From positions 1,472,001 to 1,536,000 of the forward strand of contig CAXXDV010000003.1 in NCBI GenBank assembly GCA_963674745.2: a stretch of 64,000 nucleotides of DNA, read 5' to 3'. Below, one piece after another: positions 1 through 10,939 of this stretch. The notes beneath the pieces are model-generated. The model made no database searches. It saw only the letters and a program-made list of their open reading frames with translations, and had not been told where the DNA came from. The first letter of the stretch is position 1, and each line of letters starts with the position of its first letter. A program made the translations under genes and the position numbers. The DNA comes from Desulfosudaceae bacterium (GTDB lineage Bacteria > Desulfobacterota > Desulfobacteria > Desulfobacterales > Desulfosudaceae).

Positions 1-806
1 GCGCCGACTGAAATACCATCCACCAGGACATCCAGAATCTCGCAACCGTCCTGGGGTGTAAAAACAAAGGGCTTATCATTGCCCTCATCCACCTCTACGG
101 TTCCATCAGGAGAGACAACACCCGATCCCTGGGAAGAGACTTCAATAATCGGTGAAGCATACACCGGCACAGTGTCCTTTTCGCCGGAAAAAGTTCCTGC
201 GGCTAAAAGATCAACCGTCATCGAAAGGCCGGGGTCGGCGCCAGGGTCTATCATGGTAGCGTCAAGGACCGCGTTAAAATCGAAGCCCCATGTTCCGGAA
301 GCGGCGCCGCCGTCTCCAAGAGAGCCGTCCAGTGTGAATCCCACATCCGGAATTGAAAAGGAAAAACTTTGATCGCAGTCGAACTGTCCGGTGCCTGAAA
401 AACCAAGCGCCGGCGCGGCGTCGCCCAATAACGCTTCAAGCAGGGGAATGGTAAAGAGCATATCGACGCTGCCGGATGCCATGTCCACCTCGCCCACGCC
501 CATTAACAGGGGAAGATTATAATTCAGGCCGCCTCCCAGGTAAATCAGCAGGTTGCCATCGGCCTGGACATCGAAATACCAGAGGCCGTCGATCACCAGG
601 TCCTCGGCGGAAACACCGTTGCCGTCACTTTGGGCGCCGGCCGAGGCGGTTCCGGTCAGTTCGCCTATGTACACGCCAGCTAATTCACCCCAGCACTCGG
701 CCACGCTCGCTGCCCGGACACTGCCGCTTAAAAGGAAAAAACAGAGAAATAACAGGCTGCAGATAAGACAAGGGTTCTTCCTTCCGAACAATGATCGACG
801 CCTCAT
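1..806 (-). CDS. Secreted/surface protein with signal peptide and start of an InlB-B-like (divergent) repeat; runs off window start
   Basis: Manual translation from ATG at 806 (RBS GGAGG upstream): MRRRSLFGRKNPCLICSLLFLCFFLLSGSVRAASVAE... open to position 1, ending ...IEVSSQGSGVVSPDGTVEVDEGNDKPFVFTPQDGCEILDVLVDGISVG, a pattern typical of divergent InlB B-repeats. Not in ORF track because it has no stop in the window. Confidence 0.7.
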   Translation of the reverse strand, partial: MRRRSLFGRKNPCLICSLLFLCFFLLSGSVRAASVAECWGELAGVYIGELTGTASAGAQSDGNGVSAEDLVIDGLWYFDVQADGNLLIYLGGGLNYNLPLLMGVGEVDMASGSVDMLFTIPLLEALLGDAAPALGFSGTGQFDCDQSFSFSIPDVGFTLDGSLGDGGAASGTWGFDFNAVLDATMIDPGADPGLSMTVDLLAAGTFSGEKDTVPVYASPIIEVSSQGSGVVSPDGTVEVDEGNDKPFVFTPQDGCEILDVLVDGISVG

Positions 807-1096
807 AATGCCCTCCCACATTTGGCTGTTGCTTGATTATATATATTATATGCCGATTCCGGTTTTTTGTCACCTCGCATTTCTAAAGGTATTCGTGCAA
901 GGCAGCTGAAACGAAAACATTCATAAAATCAATTTATTAAAATCAAATTGACAATTCCGATATGCCGCTGCACCGGCACGTTCCTCAGGTTTTCCGGGAG
1001 GTAGAATACCGGTCAAAAAACTTGCCATAAAACCGAAAACCAACTATTTTCAAGTTGTAACCCGTTGTTGTTCAAATATTTGCCTTCGAATATCCC

Positions 1097-1771
1097 ATGA
1101 AAGGAACCAGGATGAAAAACAGGAAGAAACTAATCGGATTGATCATCATGGCAATCATCACCACGGCGTCATGGACAGCAGCCGCCGACCTGAACGACAT
1201 TATCCTGCCCTCACCCCGTATGGAAGGCGGCATGCCGCTCATGCAGGCGTTGAAACAGCGGCATACCAGCCGTGATTTCAGCACGACCCCCCTTCCGCCC
1301 CAGGTAATGTCAGACCTTCTCTGGGCGGCCTGCGGCATCAACCGGGCCGATTCCGGTAAACGCACGGCACCCTCGGCCCGCAACTGGCAGGAGGTGGATG
1401 TTTACGCGGTCACAAAAGACGGCGCATATCGTTACGATGCCAAAGCCAACAGCCTCCGAATGGTCGCCAAAGGTGATTTACGCGAACTGACCGGGAAGCA
1501 GGCCTTTGCAGCCACAGCCCCGCTCAACCTGGTCTACGTGGCCGACCTGGAACGGATGAAAGGCGCCTCCCCCGAGGCTCAATCGCGGTATTCGGGGACG
1601 GATGTCGGTTTTATCAGCCAGAACGTCTACCTTTTCTGCACTTCCGAAGGGCTGGCCACGGTGGTCAGGGGATATGTGGATCGGGATCCGCTGGCCAAAG
1701 CCCTGAACCTGCCTGAGCACCAGAAGATCATCTTATGCCAGACGGTAGGATATCCGGGAACAGGAGAATAA
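1097..1771 (+). CDS. Nitroreductase-family (SagB/ThcOx-like) protein with N-terminal signal peptide
   Basis: LMQALKQRHTSRDF, LLWAACGINR, RTAPSARNWQE, QNVYLFC motifs; hydrophobic N-terminus ending in AAA. Confidence 0.85.
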   Translation: MKGTRMKNRKKLIGLIIMAIITTASWTAAADLNDIILPSPRMEGGMPLMQALKQRHTSRDFSTTPLPPQVMSDLLWAACGINRADSGKRTAPSARNWQEVDVYAVTKDGAYRYDAKANSLRMVAKGDLRELTGKQAFAATAPLNLVYVADLERMKGASPEAQSRYSGTDVGFISQNVYLFCTSEGLATVVRGYVDRDPLAKALNLPEHQKIILCQTVGYPGTGE

Positions 1772-1826
1772 CGGAAAATCGGGTGCCGTGGGCGAAGTGA
1801 AGCTTGCCCCTGACCCGTGCCCGGAT

Positions 1827-3239
1827 TCACACAGGAAACAGCGGCCACGGCCGTGCCTGCTCCAGTTCAAAGGCCAGTTCCAGCAATACGTTATCCTGAC
1901 CCAGCGGGGCCGCGAATTGGACACCAATCGGCAAACCGTCTTTGCTCATTCCCAGTGGTAAAGAAATGGCCGGTTCCCCGGTGATGTTCTGCAGCGCGGT
2001 AAAGGGCGCGTAGTCGCGGATGCCTTTAAAAACAGTTTCAAACGGCGCTTCGGAATCAAGCAACGTCCCGTTCTTAACGGTTGTCGAAGCCAGTACCGGG
2101 CAAAGGACCACGTCATATTGTTCATAAAAAGATTTCGTTACGTTTATGGCTTTTTTTAATCGCCTGGTGGCAAACGGAAATGAAAAAACATGCCTGGTAA
2201 AATGTCTGCTCATTCCCAGGGTCAGGCTTTCCAGCCGGGATGAATCAAAATCACGGGAAATCAGCATTTTGCCGAACCGGTGGAGCATGAAAAACAGAAA
2301 GCCATAATACAATGTAAAATCATCACCGATCTGATCGGTAAAAGGAAGCGGGAGTTCATCTACATGATGACCGAGCTGTTCGCACAATCCGGCAGTGGAT
2401 CGGACAACCTCAACCACCTCATCTTCGACAATGATATCGCCGATGGCATCGGTAACAACAGCGATTCGCAGCCGTTTTTTTCCGGGACTGTCAACCATCC
2501 CCAGCGCCGGCAAGCGGGTGTTGGCATAATATTTTTCCGCTTCAGCCATGAACAGGGCCGTATCTCTCACCGTTCTGGTGACAACACCTTCGAACACGAC
2601 ATTGATGGGCAGCCGTTTGAATTCAGGCGCGCTTACCAGGCGATCACGGGTCGGTTTTAGTCCAACCAGACCGCAACAAGCTGCCGGAATACGAATGGAC
2701 CCGCCGCCGTCATTTCCATGGGCCATGGGCACGACCCCTGCAGCCACCATGGCGGCGGACCCGCCCGACGAACCGCCCGTGGAATAATTGGTATTCCAGG
2801 GGTTGGCCGTTGCGCCATGAAGCAACGACTCGGTTGTCGGCGGAATACCAAACTCAGGCAAAGCGGTTTTACCCAGGCTGATCATGCCCAGGGACTTAAA
2901 CTGCTTGATAAAGGCCTGGTCTTTCTTCGCCGGACGTTTCGGTAGGCCGCGTGTGCCGAACAGCGTGGGAGCGCCCTGCACGTCAACATTATCTTTTATA
3001 AATGTGGGAACACCGCCGAGTTTTCCTTTCAGCGGCGATTTTGCCTGCTCTAATGCCTGATCAAAAGTGTCTGTGATAATGGCATTCAGAACAGGATTTA
3101 CCTGCTCTGCCCTTTTGATGGCCGCCTCCACCAGTTCAGTCGGCGTGACTTCGCCTTTTTCAAGACGTTCGGCCAGCGCCAAGGCATCGGAATCGCCCAG
3201 GGCATCATCACAAACCGTATTAATTCTGACTTCATTCAT
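1827..3239 (-). CDS. Amidase (amidase signature family)
   Basis: IKDN, GGSSGGSAA and DGGGSIRIPA signature motifs. Confidence 0.95.
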   Translation of the reverse strand: MNEVRINTVCDDALGDSDALALAERLEKGEVTPTELVEAAIKRAEQVNPVLNAIITDTFDQALEQAKSPLKGKLGGVPTFIKDNVDVQGAPTLFGTRGLPKRPAKKDQAFIKQFKSLGMISLGKTALPEFGIPPTTESLLHGATANPWNTNYSTGGSSGGSAAMVAAGVVPMAHGNDGGGSIRIPAACCGLVGLKPTRDRLVSAPEFKRLPINVVFEGVVTRTVRDTALFMAEAEKYYANTRLPALGMVDSPGKKRLRIAVVTDAIGDIIVEDEVVEVVRSTAGLCEQLGHHVDELPLPFTDQIGDDFTLYYGFLFFMLHRFGKMLISRDFDSSRLESLTLGMSRHFTRHVFSFPFATRRLKKAINVTKSFYEQYDVVLCPVLASTTVKNGTLLDSEAPFETVFKGIRDYAPFTALQNITGEPAISLPLGMSKDGLPIGVQFAAPLGQDNVLLELAFELEQARPWPLFPV

Positions 3240-3406
3240 AAAACGCTCCTTGATGCGTCAACGTAACGGTTGTTTCTTTCCCGAAATTATATATTAATTA
3301 TATATATTGCCCGTAAACGCACGAAAAAGAAAGACGGAATAGAATACCGACGACAACATCAGCCATTTTGCCAGTGCCCGCAGTTCCATGGACATAATAA
3401 AATAAA

Positions 3407-3435
3407 TTGACATTTTTCAGCACTTTAACCATACT
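3407..3435 (+). promoter_or_regulatory. Putative sigma70 promoter of hybrid kinase gene
   Basis: TTGACA-17 bp-CATACT, 75 bp upstream of ATG 3511. Confidence 0.5.
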
Positions 3436-3510
3436 ATAAGAGCATCCAGGCAAAAAAATCAGGTCAATTCATAAGGCTGTAAATCCGAAACCGGACCGGG
3501 AATTATCGGA

Positions 3511-5886
3511 ATGCCGAATCCACAAGATACGATTCTCCGCCTGCAAGCAGAAAACAACCGTCTGCAATCTGAATTGTCTGCCCTGAGACAGATATTGGCT
3601 TCGGATCTGAACCACCTCAAATCCTCTGCTGACGTCTTTGACAAGGATAGCCTGCGCAGCATTTTAGAAGCCCTTCCCGTTGCCACTACCTGGGCCAATG
3701 CAGACGGCATTATCGAGTTCACCAATTATAAATTCATTGAGTTGTTCGGATACAATATAACCGATATACCAACGGTTGAGGACTGGTTTAACACGGCTTA
3801 TCCTGACCCGGCATATCGGGATAGAATTGTTCCCAGGTGGCTGAATTCCATGGAAACCGTCCGGCAGCAGGGAGGTGAAGTCGAAAGCATAGAGGCCAAT
3901 GTCACATGTAAAGACGGCCGGGTGCGGCATGTGGTCGCTAAAACAGCCCTTATTGCCGATCGTGTCCTTGTTATTTTCGATGATTTGACCGAGCCTGAAG
4001 AAATTCAGCGGGCCTTGCTGGAATCACAACTGCGTTTCCAGAGCATTTTCAACAGCGTCAATGACGGTATCGCCGTCGCAGACAGTGAAACCGGCAATTT
4101 TATCATGGCCAACACATCCTTTATGGCCATGCTGGGTTATACTGAAGATGAAATTTTAAGCCTCGGTGTGGCCGATATCCATCCCCGTTCGGCCCTGGAA
4201 AAGGTTTTCGATTATTTTGAACGACTGGCCCGGGACGAAGAAATTTTTATTGCTCCAGACCTGCCGGTTCAACGAAAAAATGGTGATGTTTTCTATGTCG
4301 ATATCAGTTCCGGTGTCATGACTTTTAATAATCGCAAATGTCTCATCGGGATTTTCCGTGATATTTCAGAAAGAAAAAAATACGAAGAAGCCATCCTGCA
4401 GGAAAGGGATTTTTCCGATGCCGCCCTCAACAGTTTACCCGGTATTTTTTACATGTTTGATCAAGACGGACGGTTTTTAAGATGGAACAAAAATTTCGAA
4501 ACGGTTTCCCAATATTCGTCGGAAGAAATGGAACAGACTTCTCCGCTTGATTTTTTTGAGGGTGAAGATAAAAAACATATTCAGGAAAGAATCCGGGAAA
4601 CTTTTGAAAAAGGGGAATCCGATGCGGAAGCCGGTTTCATCTCCAAAGACGGGACCAGGAGGCCCTATTATTTTTCCGGTTTATTGGCACATATCGGCGG
4701 GAAACCGTGCCTGATCGGCATGGGGCTGGATATCTCCCGTCGCAAACAGGCGGAAAAGATGCAAGCCCTTGGTCAGTTGGCCGGCGGTATTGCCCACGAC
4801 TTCAACAACCATCTTTCAGCGATCATGGGATTCGCGGAAATACTGGTAGAACAGGTTGAAGAAGATGGGCTGCGAAGCTACGCGGAAATGATCGCCCTTG
4901 CGGCAACCCGTTCCGCCGACCTGACCCGGCAATTGCTGGCCTTTGCCCGCAAAGGGAAATACATGGCCGAACCCGTGGATGTCCACTCGATTATCGCGGA
5001 AGTGGTCACCTTTCTGGGCCGCAGCATCGACAAACGGATCACCATCAAACAAGTCCTTTCTGCTGATCCGCCCTCTATTCTGGGTGATGCCAGCCAGATT
5101 CAAAATGCCCTTCTGAATCTGGCCATCAACAGCCGGGACGCCATGCCGGGAGGCGGTGAACTGACTTTTTCAACATCATCCGAGTCGCTTGATGAAACCC
5201 GGTGCAAAGGGTTAAACCTGGATATTATCCCCGGCCGATACATTAAAATAAGTATCACAGACACGGGCAAAGGAATCGATCAAAATAATCTGCCGCACCT
5301 GTTTGAGCCCTTTTTTACGACAAAGGAAGTGGGAGAAGGAACAGGAATGGGCCTGGCGGCGGTTTACGGTACTGTCAGAAGCCATAAAGGCGGCATCACC
5401 GTATCCAGCAGACCGGGGCAAGGCAGCACGTTCGACATATACTTTCCGGTCAACGAAGAAACAGACAACACCATCACCACACCGGCATTAACCAGTGAAA
5501 CCACCAGCAATACGGGCCGAATACTTGTGGTTGATGATGAAAAATTAATCCTGGAACTGGCCGGCAGCATTCTGAAAGCCCGGGGGCATGAAGCCATCCT
5601 TTGTGCCGATGGGTATACGGCTATTGATTTATATCAAAAAGAGTCGGAACAAATCGATCTGGTGATTCTTGACATGATGATGCCCAATATAAACGGCGTT
5701 GAGACATTCGCCGCCTTACGCGCCATCAATCCATCGGCCAGGATACTGTTGTCATCCGGCTACAGCAAAGACGGTCAAGCCCAATCCCTGCTGGATGCAG
5801 GAGCGGTGGATTTTATACAAAAACCGTTTACCATCAGCCAGCTGACCCAAAAAGTATCCCAGGCGTTGAACCACCCTGTCACCTGA
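3511..5886 (+). CDS. PAS-domain hybrid sensor histidine kinase/response regulator
   Basis: Three PAS-like segments, H-box AGGIAHDFNN, HATPase EPFFTTK/GTGMGL, C-terminal receiver (LVVDDE, LDMMMP, KPF). Confidence 0.95.
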   Translation: MPNPQDTILRLQAENNRLQSELSALRQILASDLNHLKSSADVFDKDSLRSILEALPVATTWANADGIIEFTNYKFIELFGYNITDIPTVEDWFNTAYPDPAYRDRIVPRWLNSMETVRQQGGEVESIEANVTCKDGRVRHVVAKTALIADRVLVIFDDLTEPEEIQRALLESQLRFQSIFNSVNDGIAVADSETGNFIMANTSFMAMLGYTEDEILSLGVADIHPRSALEKVFDYFERLARDEEIFIAPDLPVQRKNGDVFYVDISSGVMTFNNRKCLIGIFRDISERKKYEEAILQERDFSDAALNSLPGIFYMFDQDGRFLRWNKNFETVSQYSSEEMEQTSPLDFFEGEDKKHIQERIRETFEKGESDAEAGFISKDGTRRPYYFSGLLAHIGGKPCLIGMGLDISRRKQAEKMQALGQLAGGIAHDFNNHLSAIMGFAEILVEQVEEDGLRSYAEMIALAATRSADLTRQLLAFARKGKYMAEPVDVHSIIAEVVTFLGRSIDKRITIKQVLSADPPSILGDASQIQNALLNLAINSRDAMPGGGELTFSTSSESLDETRCKGLNLDIIPGRYIKISITDTGKGIDQNNLPHLFEPFFTTKEVGEGTGMGLAAVYGTVRSHKGGITVSSRPGQGSTFDIYFPVNEETDNTITTPALTSETTSNTGRILVVDDEKLILELAGSILKARGHEAILCADGYTAIDLYQKESEQIDLVILDMMMPNINGVETFAALRAINPSARILLSSGYSKDGQAQSLLDAGAVDFIQKPFTISQLTQKVSQALNHPVT

Positions 5887-6045
5887 ACACCACCGGTCGT
5901 CCATGAACGTCAGGAAGCCGATCAAACCATGATAGTCGGGCCAGGACAGAAAAACACCATTTCCCCAAAAACCATTGACACGGAATTACCACCTTGCTAA
6001 AGATATGCTCCCAACAGCAATCTCTTATTCTCAGATTGAAAAACA

Positions 6046-8163
6046 ATGGCTGATAAACCGGCATCAGACAGCAGGCTAGACCAGAAAAAAGACTCCCCGC
6101 GGGATGATTTATCCCATCTCGCAAAAGCCATTATTTCCAATGTCGGCGTCGGCATCTATATTGTTCAGAACGGCAACTTTGTATATGTAAGCCAATTATA
6201 CCAAAAGCTTATCGGCTACACGGAAGCAGAGCTCATAGGCATGAACTCCCTTGCCCATATTTACCCCGATGATAGAGAGATGGTCAGGGAAGAAGCCATA
6301 AAATGCTTAAAGGGGGAACGCTTCGAACCCTATGAATACCGGTTTATCAGGAAGAACAATGACGTCATATGGGTTCTGGAGACGATCACTTCAATCGTTT
6401 ATAAAAATGAACGCGCCACGCTGGGCAGTTTTATGGATATCACCGAGCTCAAACACATGGAGACAGCGCTCCGCAAGAGCGAGGAAAAATACCGCACCAT
6501 TCTTGAAAGCATCCGGGAAGGCTATTTTGAAGTCGATCTTGGCGGCAACCTGAACTTCTTCAATGACTCCATGTGCCGGATCGCCGGTTGCACCAAGAAA
6601 GAACTTACGGGCGTGAATTATCAGCAGTTTACAGATACCAATACCGCCCAAAAAGTTCATCGCACGTTTAACCGGGTCTACAAAACAGGGCAACCGGTTG
6701 AAAATTTCGATTGGCAGATTATGGGTAAAAACGGAACTGAACGACATGTCGAAGCGTCCATATCGTTACAAAAAGATGCTTCCGGCAATCCAACCGGATT
6801 TACGGGGATTATGCGCGACATCACGGAACGTAAGCGGATGGAACAGAAACTCAACCATATGGCCACACATGACGCCCTGACCGGGCTGCCCAACCGCTTG
6901 ATGTTCAGTGAGATTCTCAATCACGCCATTAACACCGCCCAGCATCATAACCGACAGTTAGCCGTTTTTTTTATCGATCTTGATCGTTTCAAGTCCATCA
7001 ATGACTCCCTGGGACATGAAGCAGGAGATCTGCTGCTGATAGAAATGGCCAAAAGGTTTAAACAATCGCTGCGTACAAGAGATGTTGTCGGTCGCCTGGG
7101 GGGAGATGAATTCATTATACTGATCGAGGATATCGAAGCGTTAAATCACGTCATCGCCTTTGCGAAGAAGCTTCTCCGTACGGTAAAAAAACCGATGGCG
7201 ATTCTGGATGAGGAATGCCGCGTAACCGCCAGTATCGGCATCAGCCTTTACCCCAAAGACGGGGAGGACGAACAAGCCCTGATGAAGAATGCCGACATGG
7301 CCATGTATCTGGCCAAAGAAGAAGGCAAAAACAACTACCAGTTTTACGCCGAGGATATTCAGATACAGGCTTTTGAACGTTTTGCCATCGAGACAAACCT
7401 GCGTCGCGCATTGGAGCGTAATGAACTGTACCTGGAATATCAGGCCAAGCTGGATTTCAAGACAGACGAGATTACCGGTGTGGAAGCGCTGCTGCGCTGG
7501 GAGAACCCGTACCTTGGTTCAGTCCCCCCGGCGCAGTTCATTCCGTCGGCCGAAGAGATCGGGCTGATCGTGCCCATCGGCAGATGGGTATTGAATACCG
7601 CCTGCGACCAGAATGTCGCCTGGCAACGCCAGGGTTTACCGCCGGTTATAATGAGCGTAAACCTGTCACTCAGGCAGCTCATGGACGATAACCTGTTAGA
7701 AGATATCCATGCCGCACTGGCAAAATCCGGAATGCAGCCGGATTTGCTGGAACTTGAAATCACCGAAAGCATGGCGTTGCACAACCCCGCTCGCCAGCTG
7801 GACCTGATGACCAGATTAAAGGAAATGGGCGTTCGGATCGCCATCGACGATTTTGGTACCGGCTACTCCGCCCTCGCCCAGATCAAACATTTCCCCATCG
7901 ATACGCTCAAGGTGGACCGGTCATTTATTCGGAATATCCCTCAGGATTCTGAGAACAAAGCGATTACCGAAGCCATCATCGCCATGGGCAAAACCCTGTC
8001 GCTTACCGTTGTCGCCGAAGGTGTGGAAACGCTCGAGCAGAATGAATTCCTGAAAGAACGCATCTGCGATGAAATGCAGGGCTTTTATTTCAGCAAACCG
8101 ATCACCCCTGATCAGTTTGCCGACCTGTTGCGCGAGCATACCCCCGCTTCAAAGAAAAAATAA
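6046..8163 (+). CDS. PAS-PAS-GGDEF-EAL diguanylate cyclase/phosphodiesterase
   Basis: HDALTGLPNR, GGDEF, EALLRW, IDDFGTGYS. Confidence 0.95.
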   Translation: MADKPASDSRLDQKKDSPRDDLSHLAKAIISNVGVGIYIVQNGNFVYVSQLYQKLIGYTEAELIGMNSLAHIYPDDREMVREEAIKCLKGERFEPYEYRFIRKNNDVIWVLETITSIVYKNERATLGSFMDITELKHMETALRKSEEKYRTILESIREGYFEVDLGGNLNFFNDSMCRIAGCTKKELTGVNYQQFTDTNTAQKVHRTFNRVYKTGQPVENFDWQIMGKNGTERHVEASISLQKDASGNPTGFTGIMRDITERKRMEQKLNHMATHDALTGLPNRLMFSEILNHAINTAQHHNRQLAVFFIDLDRFKSINDSLGHEAGDLLLIEMAKRFKQSLRTRDVVGRLGGDEFIILIEDIEALNHVIAFAKKLLRTVKKPMAILDEECRVTASIGISLYPKDGEDEQALMKNADMAMYLAKEEGKNNYQFYAEDIQIQAFERFAIETNLRRALERNELYLEYQAKLDFKTDEITGVEALLRWENPYLGSVPPAQFIPSAEEIGLIVPIGRWVLNTACDQNVAWQRQGLPPVIMSVNLSLRQLMDDNLLEDIHAALAKSGMQPDLLELEITESMALHNPARQLDLMTRLKEMGVRIAIDDFGTGYSALAQIKHFPIDTLKVDRSFIRNIPQDSENKAITEAIIAMGKTLSLTVVAEGVETLEQNEFLKERICDEMQGFYFSKPITPDQFADLLREHTPASKKK

Positions 8164-8173
8164 AAGACGCCCA

Positions 8174-10588
8174 TTATCGTTCGACCGCTTCCCGGATTTT
8201 TTCTACCAGAGACCGGTTGGTAAAAGGCTTCTGCAGGAACGGTACATTACCATTCAGCACATCATGATGGGCGATTACATCGTCTGTGTATCCGGACATG
8301 TAAACCGCTTTCAGGCCCGGGTGCTTCCGGACGGCCTGGTGGTACAATTCAACCCCATTCATCCCGGGCATGATAATATCGGTCAGCAAGAGATCAATCG
8401 ATCCGTCATTCTGACCCAGTAAGGACAATGCTTCCCAACCGTTTTTTGCTGTCAGAATGTTGTATCCCTGTCGGGCCAGCATAATTTCAGCCATTTTCCT
8501 CATTGGTTCGTTGTCTTCCACCACCAGAATTGTTTCAGATCCGCCGGCAACATGGACGGGCGGTTCTGTCGGGTCATACCGGGTGTCAACCGCTACAGGT
8601 TCTGTTAATACCGGCAGATAAACCCTGAAACTTGTTCCCTGGCCGGGTCTACTGTCTACCTGGATATTCCCGCCATGCTGCTTGATCACACCATATACAG
8701 TTGCCAGACCCAGACCGGTTCCCTGGTTGACGTCCTTGGTGGTAAAAAAGGGTTCAAAGAGATGCTCCAGGATCTTTTCATCCATACCGACGCCCGTGTC
8801 TTTAATGGACATTACCACATAATCTCCGGGAACCAATTTTCCGAATACGCCATCCGGCGATTCAGCCAGTTCAACCCGTTTTGTATGGATTGTTAAATGT
8901 CCGCCGCCGGGCATGGCATCCTGAGCGTTGATCACCAGGTTCATGACCACCTGTTCCACGTGGCCGGCATCTCCTTTGATAAGCGGCAGAGACGGCTCCA
9001 GTTCAATATGAATAGTGATATCTTCCCGAATGGTGCGGCAAAGCAGTGTTTCAAAGTCTGTCAACAAATCGTTGAGGTTAAGGGGGTTGAAAACCAGTGG
9101 TTGTTTGCGGCTGAAAGCCAGAAGCTGGCCCACCAGGTCCCGCGCCCGCCGGGCCGCTTTGAGAACATCTTCAAGCAATTCCCGCCGGGGATCATCAGGG
9201 GCCGTATCATTCAGCACCATTTCAGAAAAACCGAGAATCGGCGAAAGCAGGTTGTTCAAATCATGGGCCGCACCACCGGCCAGGCGGCTGACAGACTCCA
9301 GTTTCTGGGCCTGATGGAACTGCTCTTCAAGGCTCAGTTTTTCCGCTTCAAATCGTTTTTTATCGGTTATGTCGGGAAAGGCCACAATACCGGCCAGCAG
9401 TTTTCCGTCCTTATCCTTCAGGGGCGCTGCACTGGCCGATATCCAGCGTTCGTCATTCCCCGGGCGAACAATCATTTCAACGTTACGGACCTCTTCACCC
9501 TGCTGAACAGCACGTACCAGCGGCAGATCTTCAACCCGGCAAGGGGTTCCGTCCGGATAAAAGGTGGGGCAGTACTCCTGAAAATCTTTCAACGAGACCC
9601 CCTTCAAATTTTCCGGTTTTTTTGTCATCAGGTCCAGAGCAGCCTGGTTGAAATTCGTAATCGTAACATCCGGCGCCATGGCAATAATAATGGGAATCGG
9701 GATCTGTTCGACGGCAAACTCGAGAAAGTTCAGCGTCTTCCGGGCCTCTTCCTGAGCCCGTCTGCGTTCGGTGATATCAGTGGCGATACCGCACAGGGCA
9801 ATCGGATGGCCGGCATCATTCCGTATCATCTGGGTGCGGCAGTCCACCGTCAAAGGCGTATTATCGGGGCGGAAATTGATGACTTCTCCGCGCCAGGAAC
9901 CGTCACGCAAGGTTTTCTGAAGTATCTCCATTTGAGAAGCGCCTTTTTCCGGATCATCACCGAGTGCGGTAACGTGTTGACCGATCAGGGCTTCTTTTGA
10001 TGTGCCGATAGTGCGGGTATGGATTGCATTGACGTATGTGATGTATCCGTCAAGATCAGTGACAATCACCCGATCTGAGATCTGGTCAAGGACCAGCGAC
10101 TGCAACTTACCAAGTTCATCGGCCGTTTTTTTTTCAGTGATGTCCTGTATAAAGCCAAACAGGCGTTCGGCCGTGCCGTTGGGGCCCATCTCGGCAAAAC
10201 CCCGGGCCAGGCACGTTCTGAGGTTTCCGTCTTTGCGAAAGGCCCGGATTTCGATTTCATAAGGAGCGCCGGTGGTGACGGCTGCTTCCACGGCTTTCAT
10301 CAGGATTTCCCGGTCGTCCGGGTGACAATGGCCGGGATGTTCAATCCAGCCCGGTGCGGGGTTGCCGGGGTCATACTGAAAAATTCGATACAATCCCCTT
10401 GACCAGGTGACCGTGTCGGTGGCGATTTCCCATTCCCAGCTGCCGACGTTGGCAACCTCTTCGGTTCGCTCGAGCATTTTCTGGCTCCGACGCAGAGCCG
10501 CTTCTGATTCCTGGTATTGGGATTCCTTTTTTTGTAACGTTTTAACCTGTTGTTTCAGCGCCTCAAAAGCAGACTGTTGCTTATCCAA
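8174..10588 (-). CDS. PAS-domain hybrid sensor histidine kinase/response regulator
   Basis: PAS repeats, AHDLNNLL H-box, EPFFTTK/GTGLGL, receiver domain; TTG start with GGAGG RBS. Confidence 0.93.
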   Translation of the reverse strand: MDKQQSAFEALKQQVKTLQKKESQYQESEAALRRSQKMLERTEEVANVGSWEWEIATDTVTWSRGLYRIFQYDPGNPAPGWIEHPGHCHPDDREILMKAVEAAVTTGAPYEIEIRAFRKDGNLRTCLARGFAEMGPNGTAERLFGFIQDITEKKTADELGKLQSLVLDQISDRVIVTDLDGYITYVNAIHTRTIGTSKEALIGQHVTALGDDPEKGASQMEILQKTLRDGSWRGEVINFRPDNTPLTVDCRTQMIRNDAGHPIALCGIATDITERRRAQEEARKTLNFLEFAVEQIPIPIIIAMAPDVTITNFNQAALDLMTKKPENLKGVSLKDFQEYCPTFYPDGTPCRVEDLPLVRAVQQGEEVRNVEMIVRPGNDERWISASAAPLKDKDGKLLAGIVAFPDITDKKRFEAEKLSLEEQFHQAQKLESVSRLAGGAAHDLNNLLSPILGFSEMVLNDTAPDDPRRELLEDVLKAARRARDLVGQLLAFSRKQPLVFNPLNLNDLLTDFETLLCRTIREDITIHIELEPSLPLIKGDAGHVEQVVMNLVINAQDAMPGGGHLTIHTKRVELAESPDGVFGKLVPGDYVVMSIKDTGVGMDEKILEHLFEPFFTTKDVNQGTGLGLATVYGVIKQHGGNIQVDSRPGQGTSFRVYLPVLTEPVAVDTRYDPTEPPVHVAGGSETILVVEDNEPMRKMAEIMLARQGYNILTAKNGWEALSLLGQNDGSIDLLLTDIIMPGMNGVELYHQAVRKHPGLKAVYMSGYTDDVIAHHDVLNGNVPFLQKPFTNRSLVEKIREAVER

Positions 10589-10939
10589 GTAAAATCCCTC
10601 CCCCAGACCGAACAGTTTTCGAACAATCGTTTAACAGGTGCTTATTGATGAAAAAAGCCGTATTTTAAAAATTATTACAAAATCAGTATTTTTTGTCAAT
10701 TCTCGTGTCACTTGGACAGGTATAATGTTCACGAAACGGATGTCCCCGGGATTAACGACGGGGTTTAAAAGCCGTTTTCCCACAAAATACGCTTTCCTTA
10801 AAAAGCTTGTCTTAGACCCAAAAAACTTCTATTTTCAGAACACAATTTTTCACTACCGGGTACCACGGGCAAAGCCAAACCCGCCCGTGAAGCCAAAACC
10901 GACGAATTCGGTGTTCGAGAAACAAGAGATGGAAAACAT

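Noticed and set aside
8897..10000. 367-aa + strand ORF
   Set aside because: Antisense shadow of the hybrid kinase; no motifs.
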